Below are positions 45,146 through 53,481 of a stretch of DNA of 55,105 nucleotides, piece by piece. The DNA comes from an uncultured virus (IMG/VR IMGVR_UViG_3300037851_001367) (Duplodnaviria > Heunggongvirae > Uroviricota > Caudoviricetes): the IMG/VR virus record IMGVR_UViG_3300037851_001367; one strand, 5' to 3'. The translations under genes were made by a program, and so were the position numbers. Every line of letters starts with the position of its first letter. Positions within the stretch are counted from its first letter, which is position 1. Below the pieces are notes generated by a model, which was not told the DNA's origin, did not search any database, and saw only the letters and a list, made by a program, of their open reading frames with translations.

Positions 45146-45272
45146 TGGGCATCAGCTACGGACACTCGGACCCGTACGGCGGCAGAAGCCGGGCGAGGCC
45201 TTTCTCCGAGTCACCACTCTTCATGGCCTGCGTGCTGCTCTACCTTGGCCTCGGGGTGTACGCTCTTTACCG

Positions 45273-45539
45273 GTGGGCAACGACTCCAACAACTCCGAAG
45301 AATGGGACGACGAGTTCTTCCTCGGCTATTTCAGCCTCCACGCCGAGACCGAGCTCGCCCTGTTCCACCGCAAGCATGTCGAACGGCTTCTGAAGCTCGC
45401 CGGCAAGGACGTCCCACCCCGCATGAGGGAGTGGCTCTCGGTGCACTCTGAAACGGCGGACCCGCTGATCGCGGAAGCCCGGAAGAGGCTCGCCGAAGCT
45501 GAGGCCGAGCGCGCCGTAGATTACGTGCACGACCTATGA
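45273..45539 (+). CDS. Hypothetical protein with VxxVHxx tail
   Basis: ends AVDYVHDL-stop; ATGA-coupled to the next gene. Confidence 0.7.
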   Translation: MGNDSNNSEEWDDEFFLGYFSLHAETELALFHRKHVERLLKLAGKDVPPRMREWLSVHSETADPLIAEARKRLAEAEAERAVDYVHDL

Positions 45540-45865
45540 AGCCGCCGAAGAGAAAAGACCGGGTCCGCACCTTCGACAAAAGCCCGATCTTCAAGGACTG
45601 GCGCGGCGTGGAGGCAGAGGTCCTCGACGTGTTCGAGCACCCGGCCGGGAACCTGAAGGTCGAGCTGAAGAGGGACGACGGCGAAAAGGGCATCGTGGAG
45701 GCCGTCGACGTCGAGGTCATCGTGGAGGCCCCTCCCGAGGAGCCCGCGCCCCTGCCGACGGCCGCGTCGATGTGGATATCGTGGGCCCGGATCAAAATCC
45801 AGGAACATAAGGACGAGATCGCCCGCCTCGAAGAGGGTATTCGTCAATGGGGCGGAAGGCCCTGA
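45536..45865 (+). CDS. Hypothetical protein
   Basis: 109-aa ORF. Confidence 0.65.
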   Translation: MKPPKRKDRVRTFDKSPIFKDWRGVEAEVLDVFEHPAGNLKVELKRDDGEKGIVEAVDVEVIVEAPPEEPAPLPTAASMWISWARIKIQEHKDEIARLEEGIRQWGGRP

Positions 45866-45870
45866 AGTTT

Positions 45871-45946
45871 GTCCTCGTAGCCTAGCGGATTAGGCACCAC
45901 CCTCCGAAGGTGGGTCACGCAGGTTCGAATCCTGCCGAGGACGCCA
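45871..45946 (+). tRNA. tRNA-Arg(CCG)
   Basis: loop CTCCGAA, encoded CCA. Confidence 0.92.
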
Positions 45947-45947
45947 C

Positions 45948-46020
45948 GCCCCCGTCGTCTAGCGGACAAGGCTTCCGTTTTCTAAACGGAGAATCGCAGG
46001 TTCGAATCCTGCCGGGGGTG
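45948..46020 (+). tRNA. tRNA-Arg(TCT)
   Basis: loop TTTCTAA. Confidence 0.88.
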
Positions 46021-46084
46021 CCGCGCTTGAACGGAGGGTTCGATTCCCGTCGCCGCTGGCTGCGGTCCGTTCGAGCGCCTATTG

Positions 46085-46157
46085 CGCGGTGAGCACAGGG
46101 TGCAGACGCCTTTCATATGGGCGGTCTCGCGGGGTTCGACTCCCTCCACCGCGACCA
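46085..46157 (+). tRNA. tRNA(CAT), Met or Ile2; atypical short D-arm
   Basis: CGCGGTG/CACCGCG-A-CCA, loop TTCATAT. Confidence 0.7.
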
Positions 46158-46166
46158 GGAGACACG

Positions 46167-46436
46167 ATGTCGATTAAGCCGCCGAAGAGGCCGAGCCTTC
46201 CGCCCAAGCGGAGGACGTCGTTGCGCATGTCCGTGGTTGAGAACCCGACGCACCCGAGCGCTCCGCAGGAGGGCGTATGCCCGGTCTGCGGCGGCCGGGT
46301 CGCGAACACCTCCGAGTATGAGGAGACGGCGACAGGTCACAAGATGAACCGGACGGGGATCCACTGCATCAACTGCGGGATCAAGTTCCAGTTCATCCCT
46401 CCGGCGAACCTGAAAAAGAAGCTGGGCGGGCCGTAG
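46167..46436 (+). CDS. Small Zn-ribbon protein
   Basis: CPVCGG...CINCG. Confidence 0.65.
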   Translation: MSIKPPKRPSLPPKRRTSLRMSVVENPTHPSAPQEGVCPVCGGRVANTSEYEETATGHKMNRTGIHCINCGIKFQFIPPANLKKKLGGP

Positions 46437-46449
46437 CCCGCCCAACCCC

Positions 46450-46611
46450 TCACTTCTTGTCGGGAACCATGGCTCCCGCGTCCTTCGCCGGTACAACGTC
46501 CGCGGCCGGTGCGGCTGCGTCCGCGGCCGGTGCGGCCCCCTCGGGGGCCTTGGGAGGCTCCGAGTTTCCGCAGGCTGCGACGAGGACGGTGACGAAAAGC
46601 AGTTTCTTCAT
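46450..46611 (-). CDS. Small lipoprotein (53 aa)
   Basis: MKKLLFVTVLVAAC lipobox, Ala/Pro-rich; GGAGGT Shine-Dalgarno; below the ORF-track cutoff. Confidence 0.7.
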   Translation of the reverse strand: MKKLLFVTVLVAACGNSEPPKAPEGAAPAADAAAPAADVVPAKDAGAMVPDKK

Positions 46612-46644
46612 GTGTCACCTCCGAGCCCGGACCATACCGGCGAC

Positions 46645-46911
46645 CTAGCCCTTCGGCGCCTCGCCGAGGACGTCCTTCCAGGCGACGCGGTACTCATCCA
46701 GGGCGGCGAGGTACTCGTCCAGGCCCTCACGGCCGAGGACCCTCACCATCTCCTGGTTCTTCATCTGGACGTGGACGCGGTCCGCCTCGTCCCAGATCCA
46801 GACGCCGTACGGCGTCCTGTCGACGAACACGCGCACGTCGGCACCCGGGCGCTCGGTGGAGAGCTTGGACCGGATGCGGTCCTTGACCAGGTCAAACATA
46901 GAGGTCGACAT
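46645..46911 (-). CDS. Hypothetical protein
   Basis: MSTSMFDLVKDRI... Confidence 0.6.
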   Translation of the reverse strand: MSTSMFDLVKDRIRSKLSTERPGADVRVFVDRTPYGVWIWDEADRVHVQMKNQEMVRVLGREGLDEYLAALDEYRVAWKDVLGEAPKG

Positions 46912-46970
46912 CTTACCTATGCGCTCGGTGCTGGTGGACGCAATCAATTGTTTGTACCAAACGTTGTTTG

Positions 46971-47207
46971 ATGAGGTTGAAGAGTCGCGCCGGTCACAGG
47001 AACGACAACTCAGGCCAGGACGGGAAGCAGGACGGGAAGAAGAAACAGAAATCCAAGGGCTTCCACGAGGCAATATCCGACATGAGGTCGCAGGCCCAGG
47101 AGGCCGAGCTGACGAGGCGCCGCGCGGCAAGCGATGCGGCGGCGAAGGCGGCCGAGGACGAGGTCGCCCGGATGACCTACGGACCGGCGTACAGGGACGG
47201 CGAGTAG
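46971..47207 (+). CDS. Hypothetical protein
   Basis: 78-aa charged ORF. Confidence 0.55.
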   Translation: MRLKSRAGHRNDNSGQDGKQDGKKKQKSKGFHEAISDMRSQAQEAELTRRRAASDAAAKAAEDEVARMTYGPAYRDGE

Positions 47208-47264
47208 ACTTACGCTCTCACGCGCGCGCCCGTAAGTCCCGGGGAGTCCCCGGTACGGCCGTGC

Positions 47265-48206
47265 ATGGGAGCGAACGACAAGGCAGTCCGTCCGAACGGG
47301 TTCGACCAGTACCTCGGCCAGGAGGCTGCAAAGCGCAGCCTCAAGGTCATGGTCCTCGCCGCGAAGTCGCGCGGCGAGTGCATCGACCACGTCCTCTTCT
47401 CCGGCCCGCCCGGGCTCGGCAAGACGTCGCTCGCGGCCGTCGTCGCCCAGGAGATGGGCTCGCGGCTCGTGACCGTCCACGCCCCGGCGCTCCGCAAGAA
47501 GGCGGACCTCGTCACCATCCTCCTCGACATGGAGGAGAACGACGTCCTCTTCATCGACGAGATCCACAGCCTCGACCTCAAGGTCGAGGAGATCCTCTAC
47601 CCCGTGATGGAGGATTCGAAGATCGTCACCGTCACGCCCGACGGAGACCCGGTCTCCATCCCGTTGCCGCGCTTCACCATCATCGCCGCCACGACGCGCT
47701 CGGGCGACCTCTCGCAGCCGCTCCGCGACCGCTTCGCCAAGACCGTCCAGATGCAGTTCTACGCCGTGGGCGAGCTGGCCGAGATCGTGCTGCAGACGGC
47801 CGACAAGATCGACGTCATCTGCACCCGCCAGGCGGCGGTCGAGATCGCGGGCCGTTCGCGCGGGACGCCGCGCGTCGCGAACGCCCTGCTCAAGCTGTCC
47901 CGCGACTACGCCCAGGCTAACCGCTCCTCCGTCGTGGAGCCGGAGACGGTGCGCGCCGCGTGCGAGCTGGACGGCATCGACGCGGCCGGCCTCGACCGGA
48001 CGACCCGCAAGTACCTGGAGCTGCTCTGCGGCAAGTCCAAGCCGGTCGGCATCAACACGCTCGCCTCGTACATCGGCGAGCCGGCGGCGACCCTCGAAGA
48101 GTCCGTCGAGCCGTACCTCATCCGCATCGGCTTCGTCGAGAAGCTGCCGGCGGGCCGGGTGATCACCCGCAAGGGAGCCGATCACGCGTGTAAGATGACG
48201 GCATGA
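47265..48206 (+). CDS. ruvB: Holliday junction branch-migration helicase RuvB
   Basis: RP..F..Y.GQ, GPPGLGKTSLA, LFIDEIH, ATTR.G, PLRDRF, SRGTPR, EPYL. Confidence 0.95.
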   Translation: MGANDKAVRPNGFDQYLGQEAAKRSLKVMVLAAKSRGECIDHVLFSGPPGLGKTSLAAVVAQEMGSRLVTVHAPALRKKADLVTILLDMEENDVLFIDEIHSLDLKVEEILYPVMEDSKIVTVTPDGDPVSIPLPRFTIIAATTRSGDLSQPLRDRFAKTVQMQFYAVGELAEIVLQTADKIDVICTRQAAVEIAGRSRGTPRVANALLKLSRDYAQANRSSVVEPETVRAACELDGIDAAGLDRTTRKYLELLCGKSKPVGINTLASYIGEPAATLEESVEPYLIRIGFVEKLPAGRVITRKGADHACKMTA

Positions 48207-48391
48207 CGCCGACGGACTTCCTCAGGCTCTACGCGCTGGCGTCGCTCCTCGGCGCCGGCTTCACGCTCAGGACGATAGGTGCCAGGGAAGCCCGCAAACA
48301 CCCCCTGGCCGCGGCCTTGACGGCCGCCGTTTGCGGGCTTCTCTGGCCAGTCTTGCTGGTTGCCGACATTAGGCCGGGCCGGCGAGACTGA
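48203..48391 (+). CDS. Small membrane protein
   Basis: ATGA-coupled, two TM-like segments. Confidence 0.55.
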   Translation: MTPTDFLRLYALASLLGAGFTLRTIGAREARKHPLAAALTAAVCGLLWPVLLVADIRPGRRD

Positions 48392-48407
48392 CAGCTGTAC
48401 GGTGGGC

Positions 48408-48668
48408 ATGATAACGCTCATCGCGCGTCAGGACGCGGGTTCAGTCCGGCTCTCGCTCGCTGAAGGGGTCGAGGAGGTGCCAGGGCTTGCTGCCGGAGGC
48501 GCTCCGGAGGTGATTCTCCTCGGAGTCCCTGCGATCTGGAGGGACACGGTCCGGCTCTCGGCCGCAGCGTCCCTGCTCTCTGGCGTCAAACATATGCCTC
48601 TCCGCGAGTCGATACTCGTACTGGATCACGGGACGAGGGAGCGTCTGGCCTTCGTCGAAAAGCTGTGA
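48408..48668 (+). CDS. Hypothetical protein
   Basis: GTACGGT-N4-ATG. Confidence 0.55.
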   Translation: MITLIARQDAGSVRLSLAEGVEEVPGLAAGGAPEVILLGVPAIWRDTVRLSAAASLLSGVKHMPLRESILVLDHGTRERLAFVEKL

Positions 48669-48674
48669 AACCAC

Positions 48675-48761
48675 GGGGGCGTGGCGAAACTGGCAGCCGC
48701 TACCGCCGCTCAGCGACGGGAGGGACTCTGTCCCATGGTGGTTCGAACCCACCCGTTCCCC
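48675..48761 (+). tRNA. tRNA-Leu-like gene with aberrant anticodon arm (CAG- or TCA-centred)
   Basis: Leu-type D-loop, variable arm and T-arm; anticodon region CCGCCGCTCAGCGACGG. Confidence 0.6.
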
Positions 48762-48762
48762 A

Positions 48763-49158
48763 CTACTCGGGAGTGCAGAGCCGGAGCATCAGCTCCAACG
48801 ACTCCTTCTCGACCCCGGCCTTCGCCCGGGCGAGCGTCTCGCCGTCGACGTCCGAGACGTCCTCGCAGTCCATCAGGAAGTCGACGGACTCCATCACGTG
48901 GACGTGGATTCCCGCGGCGGTGAGGTACAACGGCACGGCGTGGCGAAGCTGCTCACGGAGCTCGTTCACCGAGTCCTCGATCAGCCTGTCTTCCACGTCG
49001 AAGAAGGAGTGGCCCTCTTCGCAGTACTGGGCGGCGAGGTGTTTCCTGAAGAGCCTTTCCGCAAGCGTTCCGACTGACCGCTTGTTGACTGAACCCGCGA
49101 TGTGCGGTTTGGGAGGGGGGCGTGCTACGAGCTCGGACCTAGTCGCGAACGCGGTCAT
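48763..49158 (-). CDS. Hypothetical protein
   Basis: 131-aa ORF. Confidence 0.6.
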   Translation of the reverse strand: MTAFATRSELVARPPPKPHIAGSVNKRSVGTLAERLFRKHLAAQYCEEGHSFFDVEDRLIEDSVNELREQLRHAVPLYLTAAGIHVHVMESVDFLMDCEDVSDVDGETLARAKAGVEKESLELMLRLCTPE

Positions 49159-49461
49159 CGTTCACCGTATTCGTTTGGGTTGCGGTATCCCTGGCGTCGC
49201 CAGGCCCGCGCTCCCGTGCAAACGTCGGTCCACTAAAACGCGGCCGTACGTCATAAAAGGTGGAACATACCCCCACAAAGCCCACCGACCGTCGGAGGGG
49301 CAGGCTGCCGCCGTTGCGGCCTGCAACGTCGCATTGTGGCGAGCACATGCCTGCGTGGCAGGCGTGCACTAAACCAGCAGTACTGAACGTCCTCGCGGAA
49401 TACTCCCCGGGGCGAAGACAGGAGACCCCCTATGAGAAAGAAGAGAAAGAGAAGGTGACCC

Positions 49462-50073
49462 ATGGACGCTCGCACTCTCGTCCTGACCAAGTCCTACATG
49501 CCTCACCAGATCGTGCACTGGACCGAGGCGATGACGAAGGTCGTCAACGGTAAAGCCATGGTCTTGGAGGACTACGCCTCGGACGAGCACGTCCTGGCGA
49601 CGATCCCCGAGAAGCGAATCCGCGACTTCGCGCAGGTTGCAAGAGCCTACCCATCGTACTCGGGCGGCGACCTCTGCGTGCGGGTTCCGTCCGTCATGAG
49701 GCTGACCGACTGGGACGGGAGCGTGAAGCGCGGGGTCAAGTTCTCGCGGGTCAACGTCTTCACCCGCGACGGGTTCCGGTGCCAGTACTGCGGCGTGCAG
49801 AAAGGCATGAAGGAGCTCAACTACGACCACGTCCTGCCGAGACACCTCGGCGGGCGCACGGTCTGGGACAACATCGTGACCTCCTGCTACCCCTGCAACT
49901 CGCACAAGGCGAACAGGACCCCGGAGCAGGCGGGCATGAAGCTCCGCAAGCAGCCGTACAAGCCGAAGACACTGCCGATCACGCTGCCGAAGTTCGACCC
50001 GAAGGGCATCATGCCCAGCTGGATCCCCTACTTCGGAAGCGCGCTCTCGGACTACGTGACTGACGCGGCATGA
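49462..50073 (+). CDS. HNH endonuclease (McrA/COG1403-like)
   Basis: FSR.NVFTRD...CQYCG, DHVLPR..GG..WDNIV.SC..CN..K. Confidence 0.92.
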   Translation: MDARTLVLTKSYMPHQIVHWTEAMTKVVNGKAMVLEDYASDEHVLATIPEKRIRDFAQVARAYPSYSGGDLCVRVPSVMRLTDWDGSVKRGVKFSRVNVFTRDGFRCQYCGVQKGMKELNYDHVLPRHLGGRTVWDNIVTSCYPCNSHKANRTPEQAGMKLRKQPYKPKTLPITLPKFDPKGIMPSWIPYFGSALSDYVTDAA

Positions 50074-50116
50074 GGCCGTGGCCCCGTGGCCTAAAACGGG
50101 GCGCTGACTGAAGAAA

Positions 50117-50191
50117 CGGGGCGTGGCTCAGCCTGGTTAGAGCGTCGGTCTGGGGGACCGAAGGTCGGCGGTTCGAATCCGCCCGTCCCGA
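50117..50191 (+). tRNA. tRNA-Pro(GGG)
   Basis: loop CTGGGGG. Confidence 0.92.
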
Positions 50192-50485
50192 CTATATCTC
50201 GTGAACCGCGTTGACGTTATGGACGTCCGCGGCCTCCGCCATCTTCTCAAGCCCCCGGATGAGTTCCCGGGCGTCCTCCGGCCTCATCCGGGCCATATCT
50301 CGCATGATCCGCTCACCGGGCCTGTGCCTATATTGCTCGACGGCAACTTCGCCGTCATCCGCGACCACGCGGACGTTCCACTCCACACCCTCCTCGTCCT
50401 TGACGGTGAAGGGGAGCTTGTATACGGCGTAATCCACGTCGTCGTCACCGTCCATGTGCGTCGGATCCTCGTGCACAGGGTTCAT
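50192..50485 (-). CDS. Hypothetical protein with VxxVHxx tail
   Basis: ATGA-coupled; ends NVNAVHEI-stop. Confidence 0.7.
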   Translation of the reverse strand: MNPVHEDPTHMDGDDDVDYAVYKLPFTVKDEEGVEWNVRVVADDGEVAVEQYRHRPGERIMRDMARMRPEDARELIRGLEKMAEAADVHNVNAVHEI

Positions 50486-51069
50486 CCCGCCCGCCGCAGC
50501 TCCGTCACGTTCGCAATCCGAAGGAACTTCCTCGCGTTCGTCTCCAGCATCAGCTTCACCGCCAGCATCATGTCGGGCTCGGGAATCCACGCGTGTTCCT
50601 TCGGCACAAGGCAGTAACGGGCGACGTCCACGCCGTCAACCACGAGCGTTACATTCGACCCGATCTGGTGCGAAACCCTGTAGAGGCGCCCGTCGGACCC
50701 TGTGACGTGGAACTCCTTCTTCCGGAGGAACTCCCGCCACAACTGCGGCGAAATGTTCTGCCGGAGGAGCTTCCGGGCCACCTTGCGAGCCTTCTCCCGG
50801 TCTTTCTCCTCCCGTGCTTGCATCCTGCGCCATCTGCGGACGTTGTTGGCCACCTGAATGCCCATGGTAGCCATGTTCTCAACGTCGACTTCTTGCCTGG
50901 CGGCAAAGTTCTCCCAGGTGTCCGCGTGGCGGAGCATGTCAAGGGCGTCGCGCACGGAGGAGTCATACTGCCGGAGCTCTGAGAGTGGAACGTTCCACTG
51001 TCGCTCGCCTCCCCCGCAGGTGCAGCAGAATCCGACCTCCCTCGCGTAGGGGTCGTCCGACCTCCGCAC
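50482..51069 (-). CDS. Hypothetical protein (start uncertain)
   Basis: coding-like C-terminal region V.GSDG..Y...YC...P..D.MLA.KL.LE. Confidence 0.65.
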   Translation of the reverse strand: MRRSDDPYAREVGFCCTCGGGERQWNVPLSELRQYDSSVRDALDMLRHADTWENFAARQEVDVENMATMGIQVANNVRRWRRMQAREEKDREKARKVARKLLRQNISPQLWREFLRKKEFHVTGSDGRLYRVSHQIGSNVTLVVDGVDVARYCLVPKEHAWIPEPDMMLAVKLMLETNARKFLRIANVTELRRAG

Positions 51070-51171
51070 CTGCCGACAGTGGAAGTGGAGCGCAAGTGCC
51101 GTGTGAAACCCTGCCGGCCCAGGGCGTCTGACCGTGACACGACGGGCGGGAGTTGGCTGTAGCGTCCTCTG

Positions 51172-51774
51172 TTGAAGCCCCGCCTCCTCTCCCTCAAGGA
51201 CAACGAGCGCGCTGTCGGGAAGATGCGCGGCCCGAACGGCCGGCGCCTCTGCCGCTGGTGCGGGAAGGAGGTCCCCGCGGGCCGAAGGACGTTTTGCTCG
51301 GCGCTTTGCACTCACGAGTGGAGGGTACGCTCCAGCTCCGGCTACTTGCGCGAGAAGGTCTACGAGCGCGACCGCGGCGTGTGCGCAAAGTGCGGGCGCG
51401 ACGCCCGCAAGCTCAAGGCGAAGCTGGAGGACGAGCAGACGGCCGCCATGAGGCGCTGCGGCGTCTTCGACGGGAGGCCCCTGGCGGACTGGCGGAAGGA
51501 CCCGGAGTACCTGGCCTTCCTCAAGAAGCCACCCTGCCCGCTCACGGTCAAGGAGGCGGAGAAGTCTCTCTGGCAGGCAGACCACGTGCTGGAAGTCGCC
51601 GAGGGAGGCGGCCTCTGCGGAATCGAGGGTATTCGGACGCTCTGCCTATGGTGTCACAAGGACGCGACCAAGATCTTCATGCAGATGCGCCGCAAGACGG
51701 TGAAGACGAGCATCGAGCTCAAGCCGCCCCGGATCCCGGGTGCGCCGCGTAGCGTGGACGAGGAGCCTGAATGA
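51172..51774 (+). CDS. HNH endonuclease-like protein
   Basis: CRWCG, RDRGVCAKCG, WQADH....EGGG...RTLC..CH. Confidence 0.82.
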   Translation: MKPRLLSLKDNERAVGKMRGPNGRRLCRWCGKEVPAGRRTFCSALCTHEWRVRSSSGYLREKVYERDRGVCAKCGRDARKLKAKLEDEQTAAMRRCGVFDGRPLADWRKDPEYLAFLKKPPCPLTVKEAEKSLWQADHVLEVAEGGGLCGIEGIRTLCLWCHKDATKIFMQMRRKTVKTSIELKPPRIPGAPRSVDEEPE

Positions 51775-52295
51775 AGTATCCGAAGGACGCCGAGGTCGAG
51801 GAGAGGATCCGCGACGCCAACGTCGACAACGTGGTCAACACGATGCTGTCGGCCGTCGGGCACTATGAGGGCCGCAGGAGGCTCGCCGACTTCGTCATGG
51901 TCCTTCGCCGGCACCTCATGACGCGTGACAACGTCCAGGTCCTTCCGGGCGGGATGGAGGGGCGTTGCGACCGGTGCGGGATGAAGATTCTCGTCCCGGT
52001 GAAGCCAAAGCCCGGCGAGTACCCCATCCACGGGCGCGCGGCCGAGCTCAACTGTCCGGAGGCGCGCAAGGGCCGGCCGGCAGAGGGCTACGCCGACATG
52101 CCGCTGCACATGTACGAGAAGTTCCTCATCGAGTCGAACGTCGAAAAGCCGTGGGAGAGGCCGACGAGCTTCGACCCGGCACCGGACATATCGGAGCGGC
52201 TCGCGCAGATCAAGGCTGACGAGGACCTCGCTCAAAAGCGGTTCCTCGGCCAGTCACGGAACCAGGACCTCGTCCGCAAACTGCGGGGAGGCTGA
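51771..52295 (+). CDS. Hypothetical protein
   Basis: ATGA-coupled; CDRCG. Confidence 0.65.
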   Translation: MKYPKDAEVEERIRDANVDNVVNTMLSAVGHYEGRRRLADFVMVLRRHLMTRDNVQVLPGGMEGRCDRCGMKILVPVKPKPGEYPIHGRAAELNCPEARKGRPAEGYADMPLHMYEKFLIESNVEKPWERPTSFDPAPDISERLAQIKADEDLAQKRFLGQSRNQDLVRKLRGG

Positions 52296-52299
52296 CATT

Positions 52300-52386
52300 G
52301 GAAGGTGAGCCCACGAGGAGTGGGGGCCCGTTGGAAGCGGGTTCGGGCGGCGAAAGCTGCCAGGGGTTCGAGTCCTCCTCCTTCCG
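52300..52386 (+). tRNA. tRNA-Ser(GGA)
   Basis: loop TTGGAAG, long variable arm, G73. Confidence 0.82.
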
Positions 52387-52390
52387 CTAC

Positions 52391-52477
52391 GGAGGGTTAG
52401 CCTAACGGTAAGGCACCGGCTTTGAACACCGGCGTGACGTGATGAGCGTCTTGGGGGTTCGAGTCCCTCACCCTCCG
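52391..52477 (+). tRNA. tRNA-Ser(TGA)
   Basis: loop TTTGAAC, long variable arm, G73. Confidence 0.88.
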
Positions 52478-52509
52478 CAAGTCCGAGTTGCCTGAGCGTA
52501 GTGTTCTCC

Positions 52510-53148
52510 GTGAACAAGGCGCTGAAGGCGGCGAAAAAGGTCCTCCCGGTCTACCGCCAGACCGTCGACGGATGGGCCCAGGGCATCAGGGAGGCCGACG
52601 AGCAGCAGAAGATCTCCTGCAAGCGCGGCTGCCATCACTGCTGCTACAACCTCGTGAAGGCCACCCTGGCCGAGGGCGCGGCCATCGCCGTACACCTCGT
52701 CGAGAGGGGCGAGTTCGAGAAGTATCGACCGCAGCTGGAGAAGACCGCCAAGCTCGCCGACTCGTTCGTCGACGCGGAGGGCGAGGACGGCTCCTTCCGC
52801 TATCTCGCGACGAAGACGCCGTGCGCGTTCCTCAAGGACGGCGAGTGCTCCATTTACGACCTGCGGCCGATGTCCTGCCGGACGTACTACGTCGCGACGA
52901 GCCCGGACAACTGCTCGCCGGACCGCCCGGGCGCTGAGGTCGGCGTCGTGGACGCCCGCGCCGCAGCGGGTATCTTCATCAACAACCTCATCCAGGCTAC
53001 GCACCCGGCCATCCCCGCCTTCATCGGGCCGTTCCCGTCCGTCGTCCTCGCCGGCAAGGAGATCATCGAGCGGAGCCCCGGCGCGTTCAAGCGCTGGGCG
53101 CAGAAGTCCGAGCTCTTCACAGCCAACGTGGACGTCGTCGCGCCGTGA
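52510..53148 (+). CDS. YkgJ-family cysteine-cluster (Fe-S/Zn) protein
   Basis: CKRGCHHCC ... CAFL...CSIY..RP..CR. Confidence 0.88.
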   Translation: MNKALKAAKKVLPVYRQTVDGWAQGIREADEQQKISCKRGCHHCCYNLVKATLAEGAAIAVHLVERGEFEKYRPQLEKTAKLADSFVDAEGEDGSFRYLATKTPCAFLKDGECSIYDLRPMSCRTYYVATSPDNCSPDRPGAEVGVVDARAAAGIFINNLIQATHPAIPAFIGPFPSVVLAGKEIIERSPGAFKRWAQKSELFTANVDVVAP

Positions 53149-53390
53149 CCCTCGCGGTCGGCTCCACCGCCGACAACGGCCCCGTCGTCATCAGGTTCCA
53201 ACTGTCGCCCGTCGAGCCAGGGTGGTTGCGGAGAGGGCCTAGCGTGCGCTCCACGGGAGCGCTCTTTTATGCAGACTATCTGGCGGACCCGGCCTCGACC
53301 CACTCCGAGCGGCGGGGAGGCAGCCGTCGCGACAAGCGGAAGGCCAAGGCGGCCCGTCGCGCTCGTAAAAAGCAACGGTCACGCCCCTGA
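53145..53390 (+). CDS. Small basic hypothetical protein
   Basis: GTGA-coupled; stop codon overlaps tRNA-Thr. Confidence 0.45.
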   Translation: MTLAVGSTADNGPVVIRFQLSPVEPGWLRRGPSVRSTGALFYADYLADPASTHSERRGGSRRDKRKAKAARRARKKQRSRP

Positions 53391-53454
53391 AGCATTGACG
53401 GCGATGCACCCGGTTTGTACCCGGGCGAAGCGGGTCCGACTCCCGCCGGGGGCT
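53383..53454 (+). tRNA. tRNA-Thr(TGT)
   Basis: loop TTTGTAC; variant T-loop TCCGACT. Confidence 0.82.
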
Positions 53455-53481
53455 CCGCGACTTCCGTACGTAGCGTTCAGG

